From assembly GCA_964554125.1 (NCBI GenBank), contig CAZKNG010000003.1, positions 2,971 to 66,970 of the forward strand: a DNA stretch of 64,000 bases, read 5' to 3'. Of this stretch, positions 1 to 8,593 are shown in pieces. Made by a program: the position numbers and the translations under genes. Position 1 is the first letter of the stretch. Each line of letters opens with the position of its first letter. The notes under the pieces were generated by a model. The model searched no databases, had not been told where the DNA came from, and saw only the letters and a program-made list of their open reading frames with translations. This stretch comes from an uncultured bacterium. GTDB lineage: Bacteria; Krumholzibacteriota; Krumholzibacteriia; Krumholzibacteriales; WJIX01.

Positions 1-1
1 G

Positions 2-433
2 TGTTGACTTCCATACGGGATTTTTAACGCCAATGGTCCAATGGTACTCACCGTCAATTAATCTCTTAACGAAAATATCCATAAGGGAGATATCTTTAAA
101 AAACAAGTACTTTCTGGTTTGAATTCTTATTATCCGCACCTGTCTTTTTTTGAAAGGTCCGGTGTTTTTTTTATATCTTCTTACATAAAATCTGTAACCC
201 TTTAACCAAAATTTCCACCTGCAGAAAAGTAATTTATTTTCATCTTTTTCGGTAATGGTAATATCCAGGTCATTATCCCAGGGTAACAGTCTGTTTTCAC
301 GCACAATTCCCAAAAGTGTGCCGGCTTCGAGAACATAACTTATATTACTGCTTTCAAGTATCTCCGCAACATCCTTGAGCATTTTTATTGCTTTTTTTGC
401 AATTACGCCTGTTAATTTTTTACTGCCGGCCAT
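2..433 (-). CDS. LicD-family protein (phosphocholine/phospho-alcohol transferase for surface glycans), N-terminal part only; the gene runs off the left window edge
   Basis: Not in the ORF track because it has no in-window stop. The reverse complement from ATG at 433 reads MAGSKKLTGVIAKKAIKMLKDVAEILESSNISYVLEAGTLLGIVRENRLLPWDNDLDITI..., with no stop down to position 2. It matches the LicD hallmark LEGGTLLGAVR...PWDDDIDI. Confidence 0.6.
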   Translation of the reverse strand, partial: MAGSKKLTGVIAKKAIKMLKDVAEILESSNISYVLEAGTLLGIVRENRLLPWDNDLDITITEKDENKLLFCRWKFWLKGYRFYVRRYKKNTGPFKKRQVRIIRIQTRKYLFFKDISLMDIFVKRLIDGEYHWTIGVKNPVWKST

Positions 434-447
434 TTAAAATCCCTATG

Positions 448-1491
448 TTATCTTAAGTAACCTTTTCTAAACCAACTATGATAAATTATCTGCATTTTTC
501 TGAACAGATTTAATGGTTTGCTTATTCTAGGAAGAATACCTCTATTCTTATTAACTTCTTCTAAAAATTGGATTATTCTTTCACTACTTTTCCCGTCAAT
601 ATAGGGATTTACATCATTTATATGTTTTTTGATTTGGTCTTCAAAGTTTTCGGAAAAAGCTCTATCCAGTGCTTTCCTCAATTTATCCGCTGAAGTTATA
701 TTTATGCCCTTATCTTCTCTACTTTTTGTCTTATAGGTTATTACGGGTTTTTGCAGTGTCAAAAATTCATAGATCACCGAGGAAGTATCTGAAATTAATA
801 CATCAGATATGTGAAGAAACGGTGTAATATCATAAGTATCAATTAATTTAATGTTTTTATTTTCAGAACTCTTTATTTTTTCTACCAGTTCTTTATTCAT
901 TAATTCATGAAATTTTATTAATAAAAATTCGTTTTCTTTAATATAAGATCCCAAGACCGGTAAGAGTTCTGTGGCAGATTCCATTTTTATGCTGAACGTT
1001 GGAGCGTAGAGAATGATGTTTTTATCTTCCGGAAGATCGAATTTCTTTTTCAAATTTTTTTCTTTATAATTCATAATGTAATCTATTTTTGGCCAACCTG
1101 TTTCTTTAACCAGAAAATAACCATATTTCTTTTGCATCCGGTTAAACCTCTTAGTTACAAATGGTCCACATGTAAAGTAAATATCAAAAAAATGCCTGAT
1201 TTTATAGTGAGATTCCTTCTCCACCCCCAAACCATGGAACAATTGTACTTTTAATCCCGGTAAACGAAAATCCACAAAATTGCCCGGTGATAAAACAAAA
1301 TCAGAATTGAATTTCTTTGCCTCTTCTAATGAATCCAGATTCTTGTTACTATCCCATTCATCGGGAAAAGAAGATTTTACTTTTTCTGAAGTATAAAAAG
1401 CATAATCAATTGTTTTTGATTTACACACCTTAATTAGGGGATCAACTACAGGTATGGAATACAATTTTGCGATATAGAATAATATTTTCAT
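448..1491 (-). CDS. CDP-glycerol glycerophosphotransferase (TagB/TagF family)
   Basis: 347 aa with the C-terminal motifs typical of the TagF family (…LISDTSSVIYEFLTLQKPVI…, YAPTF…). It lies in a glycan gene cluster. Confidence 0.65.
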   Translation of the reverse strand: MKILFYIAKLYSIPVVDPLIKVCKSKTIDYAFYTSEKVKSSFPDEWDSNKNLDSLEEAKKFNSDFVLSPGNFVDFRLPGLKVQLFHGLGVEKESHYKIRHFFDIYFTCGPFVTKRFNRMQKKYGYFLVKETGWPKIDYIMNYKEKNLKKKFDLPEDKNIILYAPTFSIKMESATELLPVLGSYIKENEFLLIKFHELMNKELVEKIKSSENKNIKLIDTYDITPFLHISDVLISDTSSVIYEFLTLQKPVITYKTKSREDKGINITSADKLRKALDRAFSENFEDQIKKHINDVNPYIDGKSSERIIQFLEEVNKNRGILPRISKPLNLFRKMQIIYHSWFRKGYLR

Positions 1492-2534
1492 AATATATTC
1501 AATAATTCTTTAAATTTGTCAAAAACCATTTCCGGAGTAATTCTAAAGGTGTTATCTCTGTCTTTATAATATTCAGTTAGAGTAAAATCCCAATCTCTAA
1601 TATATGTGTGTATTTTTTTATGCCAGGCAGTCCATTTCTTCGGATTGGTTTTCGGCCCGAATATTGTAACGGTCGGAGTTTCCATTGCTACCGCTAAGTG
1701 GTTAATACCTCCATCATTAGAAATATAAACATTCGTTTCTTTCAAAAGGGCACCGGCTTCATTAAAAGTTGTTGGAATTGCAATTACAGGTTTCTCTTTC
1801 ATATTCTCTTTTATATACTCAACATCCTTTTTTTCTCCGGGTCCCCAAAGTAGTACAACTTTAAACTCAGTATTTTGCATGATCAAATCACCTAATTCTG
1901 CAAAATTATCTAAATCCCATTGTTTTGCCAGAACCGGGGTTCCAGGAGAAAATACAACGAATTTGTTATTCTTAAGTCCTATATCAATCAGCCAATTATT
2001 GATTTTTCTGATTGATTCATTCTTAATCTTATAATAAGTATTATGCGGTACTTCTTCAATTCCCAAAGGTTTCAATAAATCAAATTTTGCACATGCATAA
2101 TAACGAAAATTATCGCGTTTCAATTTATAATTATACACCCAATTCCATCTTTTTTGAAACCATCCCAGTCTATATTTTGCGCCGCTATAAAGAGTTATTT
2201 GTGCTGAACCTGTTCCCCGTAATTGATCAATCAATAAATCATACTTTCTTTTTCTTACTAATCTCATTATCCTGAATCGTTCTAAAAGGTATGAAATAGT
2301 TTTTTTCTTTTTTTTCTTCATTAAAACCAGATTGTCTATATTTGGATTGTCTTCTAATAATGTAACATAGGGACTCTGAATTAAGTAATCTAATTGCGCG
2401 TCGGGAAATTTTTCTCTCAAAGATGGTAAATATCCTGTATTTAATAAAATATCACCAAATGGTTTATATTGAATGATCAAGATCTTTTTTATATGTTGCA
2501 GTTCCTGCTCAGGGATTTTATATTTCGGTTTCAT
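1488..2534 (-). CDS. Glycosyltransferase family 9 (ADP-heptose:LPS heptosyltransferase-like)
   Basis: 348 aa. It has a GT9 N-terminus (KKILIIQYKPFGDILLNTGYLPSL) and a C-terminal G-rich ADP-heptose binding region (YISNDGGINHLAVAM). It overlaps the upstream gene by 4 bp. Confidence 0.75.
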   Translation of the reverse strand: MKPKYKIPEQELQHIKKILIIQYKPFGDILLNTGYLPSLREKFPDAQLDYLIQSPYVTLLEDNPNIDNLVLMKKKKKKTISYLLERFRIMRLVRKRKYDLLIDQLRGTGSAQITLYSGAKYRLGWFQKRWNWVYNYKLKRDNFRYYACAKFDLLKPLGIEEVPHNTYYKIKNESIRKINNWLIDIGLKNNKFVVFSPGTPVLAKQWDLDNFAELGDLIMQNTEFKVVLLWGPGEKKDVEYIKENMKEKPVIAIPTTFNEAGALLKETNVYISNDGGINHLAVAMETPTVTIFGPKTNPKKWTAWHKKIHTYIRDWDFTLTEYYKDRDNTFRITPEMVFDKFKELLNIL

Positions 2535-2547
2535 ATTTCTTTCTTAA

Positions 2548-2931
2548 TTATTTTTTCTTATAATCCACATATTCTTTTTCTTCAACTAGATCAGATTTAA
2601 ATTTTAAATTTATTTCCTTTTTTTTTGCAGCTCTTTCATCATTCTCAATATATACACTTCTTGCTAATTTTATGAATTCTTTATCAAATTCTCTCTTAGC
2701 TTCTTTTATTCTTATATCATCTTCAATTTTCCACAATTTGAGATTAACATTTTTCAATTTTAAAAATTCTTTTGATTTTGAATTAATTCCAATTTTATTC
2801 ATGTAACTATATAATTTTTTGTACTCTTTTTTAACATTTTCCAATTTATCAGGATTTTTAAATTTTTCTTTTTTTATTTCTAAAATGGTCACTTTATCAA
2901 CTAATTCACCAATAGATACATCAATTTTCAT
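2548..2931 (-). CDS. Hypothetical lysine-rich small protein (127 aa) embedded between two heptosyltransferase genes
   Basis: An ORF with a predicted coiled-coil, K/E-rich composition. It is co-directional with and tightly spaced to the flanking GT9 genes. It contains an A9 homopolymer in coding sequence (plus-strand T9 at 2618-2626). Confidence 0.45.
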   Translation of the reverse strand: MKIDVSIGELVDKVTILEIKKEKFKNPDKLENVKKEYKKLYSYMNKIGINSKSKEFLKLKNVNLKLWKIEDDIRIKEAKREFDKEFIKLARSVYIENDERAAKKKEINLKFKSDLVEEKEYVDYKKK

Positions 2932-2960
2932 GATTTTTCTCCTTAGAAATTGTTTTTTAT

Positions 2961-3836
2961 TTAATTCAAATATTTTTTACTTCCAATTTTCTTAAGTAAA
3001 ATAGCAATATTCTCAATTACAACTTCATGAGTAATCTCTTTCATACAAGTCATATGTTCACAATCGCCTATTTTTTTATCCGAGTTATAACAAGGAGAAC
3101 AATATATTTTATTTGTGATGTTAATATTTTCTTGATATCCAGTACTTTCTTCTAAGATAACGCCTCCATAAATAATCACCGCTCTCTTTCCCACTGCTTT
3201 GGCAATATGCATTAATCCCCCTTCTAAACCAAAAAAGAATAATGAATTTTTTATAATTGCACCTGGATATCTTATATTTTTGCCTCTTCGGTCAATTACA
3301 TTATCTAAAAGAGTATCATTTTCTAATCCTATTTGCACAAATTTAATTTGCGGAAATGAATTGACCACTTTTTGAAATTTATCAAAACCCCATTCCTTTC
3401 TATTGCCACAAAATCCCTGTTTTCCGGTAGGACAAACAGCTATATAATCAAAATCAAACTCTTCTCTTACAGAATTAATTTCTTTTTCTGACAAATAGAT
3501 TTCAGGAGTCCCTTCAAAATTGAAACCGAAATATTGCATCATTTGCAAATAAACAGATTCGGTTTTATCGGGCCAGATGTGATATTTGGGACGGATAAAT
3601 TTCTTTGTTGTTTTAATATGTCTACTCGTCACCCAATCAGGATATGGATTATTCAAAAAAAGTTCGGGTTTAGATGTTTTAACAATTATTTTTTTATCAG
3701 GGTATTTCTTTCGCACATGAGGCAAAACTGATGACAGGAGTAAACTATCTCCAATTGCGCTTGAAAAACCCTTTATAAATATCGATCTGGGATGGATTAA
3801 ATAATAAATCAGTTTAATGTATTCAAATATTATCAT
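2961..3836 (-). CDS. Glycosyltransferase family 9 (heptosyltransferase-like)
   Basis: 291 aa with the C-terminal GT9 motif …FFFGLEGGLMHIAKAVGKRAVIIYGG…. Confidence 0.7.
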   Translation of the reverse strand: MIIFEYIKLIYYLIHPRSIFIKGFSSAIGDSLLLSSVLPHVRKKYPDKKIIVKTSKPELFLNNPYPDWVTSRHIKTTKKFIRPKYHIWPDKTESVYLQMMQYFGFNFEGTPEIYLSEKEINSVREEFDFDYIAVCPTGKQGFCGNRKEWGFDKFQKVVNSFPQIKFVQIGLENDTLLDNVIDRRGKNIRYPGAIIKNSLFFFGLEGGLMHIAKAVGKRAVIIYGGVILEESTGYQENINITNKIYCSPCYNSDKKIGDCEHMTCMKEITHEVVIENIAILLKKIGSKKYLN

Positions 3837-4918
3837 TTTATTCTACTCATAAAAAATTCTTCAACATCTTCAATCATTTTAGATTCAGTAAAATTATTTT
3901 TTAACGTATTTAATGCATTCTCTTTGAATTTTAAACGTAAGTCTACACTTTCTATTAGAGTTGATATTTTATCGATAAGGGAGTTAATGTTGCCAAAAGG
4001 ATATAAAAAACCATTTTCACCATCTTTAATAATTTCTCTTACTCCTCCTACATCAGTCGCAACTACAGGATTACCAACTGCAAAATATTCAACAATTGAA
4101 TTCGAAAATCCTTCTAATTTAGAAGTTAAAATTGATATATCATGAAGCGAAGAAATTAACATGGGATTTTCTGTAAACCCGTTGAAAATTACTTTTTCTT
4201 GTAGAGAAAGATTTTCAACCATCTCTTTAAGTTTCCACTTTTCCGTTCCATCACCTGTTATTAAAAGAATCCAATTGGGATATTCTGCCGAAATAGTTTT
4301 AAAAGCTTTTATTAAGTGATTAACATATTTAATTTTATGTAATCTGGTAGTTATTCCAATAATATTTTTATCATCAGAAATATTCAGTCTATTTCTTACT
4401 TCATCCAAAGCCTTTTTTCCAGGAAGAAAAGGTTCCCTCCCATTGTAAATAGTTGTAAATTCATTTTTATTCAGCCAGATATTTCCTTCCAATATTTTAT
4501 CAGAAACATAGTTACAAGGAACAATGCTATGTGAAACCAGGTATTTGTGATTAATTTTAGTTTTAAATCTCCTAAAAAAATCATCTTCTCTGCCTATTCT
4601 TCTTATATTAGGGATTTTACAAATTTTTGCCGCAATCCCTCCGATCCCAATCTCTTTTTCGATGTTAGTAAGGATCAAGTCGATATTATTTTTTTTAACA
4701 AAATAAACTAATTTTAAAATTTTAAGTATATTATAATCAGGACCCAGATTTTCTTTAATAATATTCACTTTATTATGAGAATTTTTGGCAAGGGCTGAAT
4801 TTTTATGAGTTAATATCCAGACGTCATGCCCATTCTTTTGAAGGCCAATGGCGGTCCTCTTCATCCAGGTTACAACACCGCGCCAACTTTTTTTTGAAGA
4901 AATATAAAGTATTCTCAT
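3833..4918 (-). CDS. Glycosyltransferase family 4 (GT-B, RfaG/WbuB-like)
   Basis: 361 aa. It has the GT4 C-terminal motif …GFSNSIVEYFAVGNPVVATDVGGVREIIKDGENGFL…. It overlaps its neighbours by 4 bp and 1 bp, consistent with an operon. Confidence 0.75.
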   Translation of the reverse strand: MRILYISSKKSWRGVVTWMKRTAIGLQKNGHDVWILTHKNSALAKNSHNKVNIIKENLGPDYNILKILKLVYFVKKNNIDLILTNIEKEIGIGGIAAKICKIPNIRRIGREDDFFRRFKTKINHKYLVSHSIVPCNYVSDKILEGNIWLNKNEFTTIYNGREPFLPGKKALDEVRNRLNISDDKNIIGITTRLHKIKYVNHLIKAFKTISAEYPNWILLITGDGTEKWKLKEMVENLSLQEKVIFNGFTENPMLISSLHDISILTSKLEGFSNSIVEYFAVGNPVVATDVGGVREIIKDGENGFLYPFGNINSLIDKISTLIESVDLRLKFKENALNTLKNNFTESKMIEDVEEFFMSRIK

Positions 4919-5751
4919 TATCTTTTCATAAATTCATTTTTAGAATATTCTTTAATTATTTTATTTTCAATTTCTATATATTTGTCTTCATAATCTGCTT
5001 CCCTTGTATTTAGATATTCCCAGTATTTAACATAAATTAAGAAATGGTAAAAACCACGCATTAAACTAATTAATAGTCCGTATATTCCGTCTTTATATCC
5101 CTTATATTTAAAATATCTTCTTCTAAATTCGTAAAACCCGCTTTTCATCATTTTAGGAATTGTGAATTTTTTATCTTTTTTAATCATTTTTTCTACTTCA
5201 AAATCAGTGTATCTATTTAACTTATCTATAAAATCTTTGCTGCCAGTATAACCAAAATGATACATTGAATTTTGCAAACCTTTTAAATAATACTTCCTGC
5301 CCTTCGTTTTAAAGTTCCCATGAACTTTATCTGAAGGTGTAACAAATCCTTTCTTAAAAAATCTCGGATGATAATCAGGATACCAACCTGTATGTTTAAT
5401 CCATTTACCAAAAATATGATTCTTATTTGGAATTTCTATAACATCATACTTATCCTCTTCTACTATTTTTCTTAGAGTGTTTGAAAGAGATAAAGGAATT
5501 CTTTCATCAGCATCCACAATAAGAATCCATTCACCATTGCATTTTTCTATACCGTATTTTCTAGCCGGTTCAACAAATCCTACTCGATTAAAAGAATAAA
5601 TATTCTCTGTATAATCTTCGCATATTTCAACAGTTTTATCATCACTGTTCATATCAATAACCACAATTTCATCAGCCCATTTTAGAGTTTGCAGACATGC
5701 TTTAATATTTCTTTCCTCATTAAAAGTATGTACTAGAGCTGTAATATTCAT
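4918..5751 (-). CDS. Glycosyltransferase family 2
   Basis: 277 aa. The N-terminal GT-A fold motifs are ALVHTFNEERNI…, VVIDMNSDDKT and IVDADERIP (a DxD-like motif). Confidence 0.75.
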   Translation of the reverse strand: MNITALVHTFNEERNIKACLQTLKWADEIVVIDMNSDDKTVEICEDYTENIYSFNRVGFVEPARKYGIEKCNGEWILIVDADERIPLSLSNTLRKIVEEDKYDVIEIPNKNHIFGKWIKHTGWYPDYHPRFFKKGFVTPSDKVHGNFKTKGRKYYLKGLQNSMYHFGYTGSKDFIDKLNRYTDFEVEKMIKKDKKFTIPKMMKSGFYEFRRRYFKYKGYKDGIYGLLISLMRGFYHFLIYVKYWEYLNTREADYEDKYIEIENKIIKEYSKNEFMKR

Positions 5752-6857
5752 ATTAGAAATCCTATACTAAATCTTGATAATAATCACTTTTTCTTCACTC
5801 TTTTTTGATATGACCTTAAAAAGTTTTATTATTTTTCTGTTTTTCAAGAATCTTAATTTCATTCTTTTAATTAATGAAAGATTTCTAACTTCTTTTATAA
5901 AGAAATAAGTATATTTTTTAATCCAGTATTCATAATTTTCTTCATTAATTGAAATTTGTTCATCTTTTATCCAATTAATATTACCATTCATGAATTCAGA
6001 ATTTCCATAAACTCCTATCCTATTTTCCTATCTAATATAAAATATTGGTCTTGAAGAAAATATCCCACATCCATTATAGAATATTTAACATCAACGTACT
6101 TGTATATTTACTTCACACCTTGATAACAATGTTATTCCCCATTTGAAAATAAAAACCGGCAACTTATTGGAATAACTTTAAACCCCCAATTATCTAAATA
6201 TGGACCGGAATAACCAATAGTATTAAATCCATTTTCTTTAAAATAATCAACGAATTTATTAATCCATATAAACTGGCGGTAATTTAAAATAAAGTGAGTA
6301 ATTTTGTTTAAGCGCAAAGAAAGATGGTGTATTCTTTAAAAAACTCTTTAGCAAAAGAAAGGAGAATACACCATGCAAGAATTAAACTTCTCTGGCCACA
6401 ATTTATCAGTGGATTTAAAAGAAGTCAAGAGTATGTTCAGGGATGAACTTAACAATGACTGTAGGTATATGGTAAAACGGGCATTTGAGAAGATTATTAA
6501 ATGTAAAGTAATGGGAATTTTCAAAGCACAAAAAGCTGTAAGAAAATCGTTATGAGCCTTTTCTTTTACTTTAATGGTAATTGGAATAACAGTAGAAGAG
6601 AAAGAATAGATCCTATTGCTCATTACTTTAAACAGGCAGCTTAAATGGAGAAATCGAAGAATGCATTATCTTCTTACAAACAATTCTTTACATTACCTGT
6701 CTCTGGGCATTCGAAAATACTGTTCTTTTCCGCATAGATCTTTCAGAGGGGGTTTAGAACGTCTTGTTGCCAAGATGTCTGGCATAATTTATATAAGAAA
6801 CAGGATTCCGTCCACCCGAATTATTAATAGATTAAGATCATAAAGAAGGAGTGCAAG

Positions 6858-8096
6858 ATGGTAAAAATCAAACCATTTAAAGGTCTCCGACCTTCAAAAG
6901 ACAAGGTTAAGGACGTAGCTTCTCCTCCATATGATGTTTTGAATCTGGAAGAAGCGAGAGTAAAGGTCGAAAACCAGCCACATAGTTTCTTACATGTTGT
7001 AAAACCCGAGATCGACCTGCCTAAAAACGTCGATCTTTACGATGATAAGGTTTATCAGAAAGGACGGGAAAATCTGCAAAATCTAATTAAAGAAAAAATT
7101 ATGGTTCAAGACAGTAAAGATTGTTATTACCTATACAAACTGGTCATGGATAATATTTCCGAGGTCGGTTTGGTTGCGTGTGCTTCAATTGAAGACTACG
7201 AAAAGGATGTAATAAAAAAACATGAGCATACTATAGCTATAAAAGAAGCAGATAGAATCAAACATGTAGATATTTTAAACGCCAACACTGGCCCTGTTTT
7301 TCTAACCTACAAGGCCAGAAAAGAGATAGATGAAATTTTTGAAAATGTTATGAGAGATAATCCCGTTTATGATTTTGAAGCTGAAGATGATGTAAAACAT
7401 ACTTTCTGGAAAATTTCGGATGATTCAACTATTGAAAAAATTACCGGGCAATTCAAAGAGATAAATAATCTCTATGTTGCCGATGGACATCATCGCTCGG
7501 CTTCGGGAACTATTGTTGGTCAAAGAAGACGAAAAGAAAATCCTAACCACACCGGCAATGAAGAATACAACTTCTTTTTGAGTGTAATTTTCCCTCATGA
7601 TCAATTATATATTATGGATTACAATCGAGTGGCTAAAGATTTTAACGGTCTGAAGAAAAATGAATTTTTGAATAAAGTTAGAGAAAAATTTGAACTTGAA
7701 CAATCGAAAGTCCCTCTTAAGCCACAAAAAAAGCATCGATTCGGGATGTATTTAGACGGTCAATGGTATAGATTAATTGCAAAAGAAGATAGTTTTGATT
7801 CGAATGACCCTGTAAAATCATTGGATGTCACTATTTTACAGAATAATCTTCTTACTCCTATCTTAAATATCGTAAACCCAAAAAAAGATAAAAAAATAGA
7901 TTTTATTGGTGGAATTCGAGGTTTAAGTGAACTGGAAAGACGTGTGAACGCTGGTGAATCAGTCGCTTTTTCCATGTTTCCCACTTCAATAGAAGAATTA
8001 ATGGAAATCGCCGATGCAGGAAAAATTATGCCGCCTAAATCCACCTGGTTCGAACCTAAACTACGTTCAGGAATTATTGTTCATCTTTTGGATTAG
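6858..8096 (+). CDS. DUF1015 family protein
   Basis: 412 aa. The N-terminus MVKIKPFKGLRPSKDKVKDVASPPYDVL is the characteristic DUF1015 start. The gene has a good RBS (AAGGAG) 7 nt upstream. Confidence 0.7.
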   Translation: MVKIKPFKGLRPSKDKVKDVASPPYDVLNLEEARVKVENQPHSFLHVVKPEIDLPKNVDLYDDKVYQKGRENLQNLIKEKIMVQDSKDCYYLYKLVMDNISEVGLVACASIEDYEKDVIKKHEHTIAIKEADRIKHVDILNANTGPVFLTYKARKEIDEIFENVMRDNPVYDFEAEDDVKHTFWKISDDSTIEKITGQFKEINNLYVADGHHRSASGTIVGQRRRKENPNHTGNEEYNFFLSVIFPHDQLYIMDYNRVAKDFNGLKKNEFLNKVREKFELEQSKVPLKPQKKHRFGMYLDGQWYRLIAKEDSFDSNDPVKSLDVTILQNNLLTPILNIVNPKKDKKIDFIGGIRGLSELERRVNAGESVAFSMFPTSIEELMEIADAGKIMPPKSTWFEPKLRSGIIVHLLD

Positions 8097-8593
8097 TCTC
8101 ATAACTACCTTCCGGAGAGAATTATATCTGCCTTTGGGTTATCATCCTTCTTTGAATTCTGCCGACGTCATCCCGGCTCTACAGGGTCAAGTGCCTACAG
8201 AAGAATAAGAGAGGCGAGGTCACCTGTGGATTTCCAAAAATGAGTTGTACTTTAAACTGGAATTTTCAGATCGATCAATTAGTCCCATTTGCCGGGTGAG
8301 GTGATAACTCGCCCGGGAATCTGAAACTTCTCTAAATAAACTTAACGCCAGAGCTTGACACAAACTATGCCACCGTCGAAATCGGCATCTACTTTTCTTC
8401 CGGAAATACTTGCAAAGGGATGTTAATTTGATGATTATTAATTGTGGCAGTTTCCTTTTATTAATGTTAGGATTATCTTATAACTATACTATACAGTCGT
8501 TTATAGAAGGGAACTGCTATTCTAATGAATTGTTCTGACTATATCAATTATGAAAATAAATTAAACACTTGAAGGTATTTGGAGTAATTTTTT

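Noticed and set aside
2087-2275. Short antisense ORFs of 60-135 aa lying inside long well-supported genes (e.g. 2087-2275, 3534-3731, 3924-4145, 18507-18914, 24035-24364, 30395-30940, 60303-61043)
   Set aside because: They overlap, on the opposite strand, genes with clear family motifs. They have low-complexity or odd composition and no RBS. They are treated as frame-shadow artefacts.
6616-6843. 75-aa plus-strand ORF (6616-6843) and 91-aa minus ORF (6348-6623) in the AT-rich gap
   Set aside because: They have no RBS, and their composition is arginine/leucine-rich nonsense typical of AT-rich non-coding DNA. The only small ORF there with a strong RBS is 6373-6555, noted in the findings.
8097-8593. 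Possibility that this gap encodes a tRNA, tmRNA, RNase P RNA, SRP RNA or cobalamin riboswitch
   Set aside because: I could not find the conserved T-loop GGTTCGAATCC, the tmRNA tag-reading frame or 3' CCA-adjacent acceptor, the RNase P P4 motifs, or a B12 box of the (A/G)AG(C/T)C(A/C)GGAGACC(G/T)GCC type by eye. It is left as an unclassified structured leader. See the finding above.
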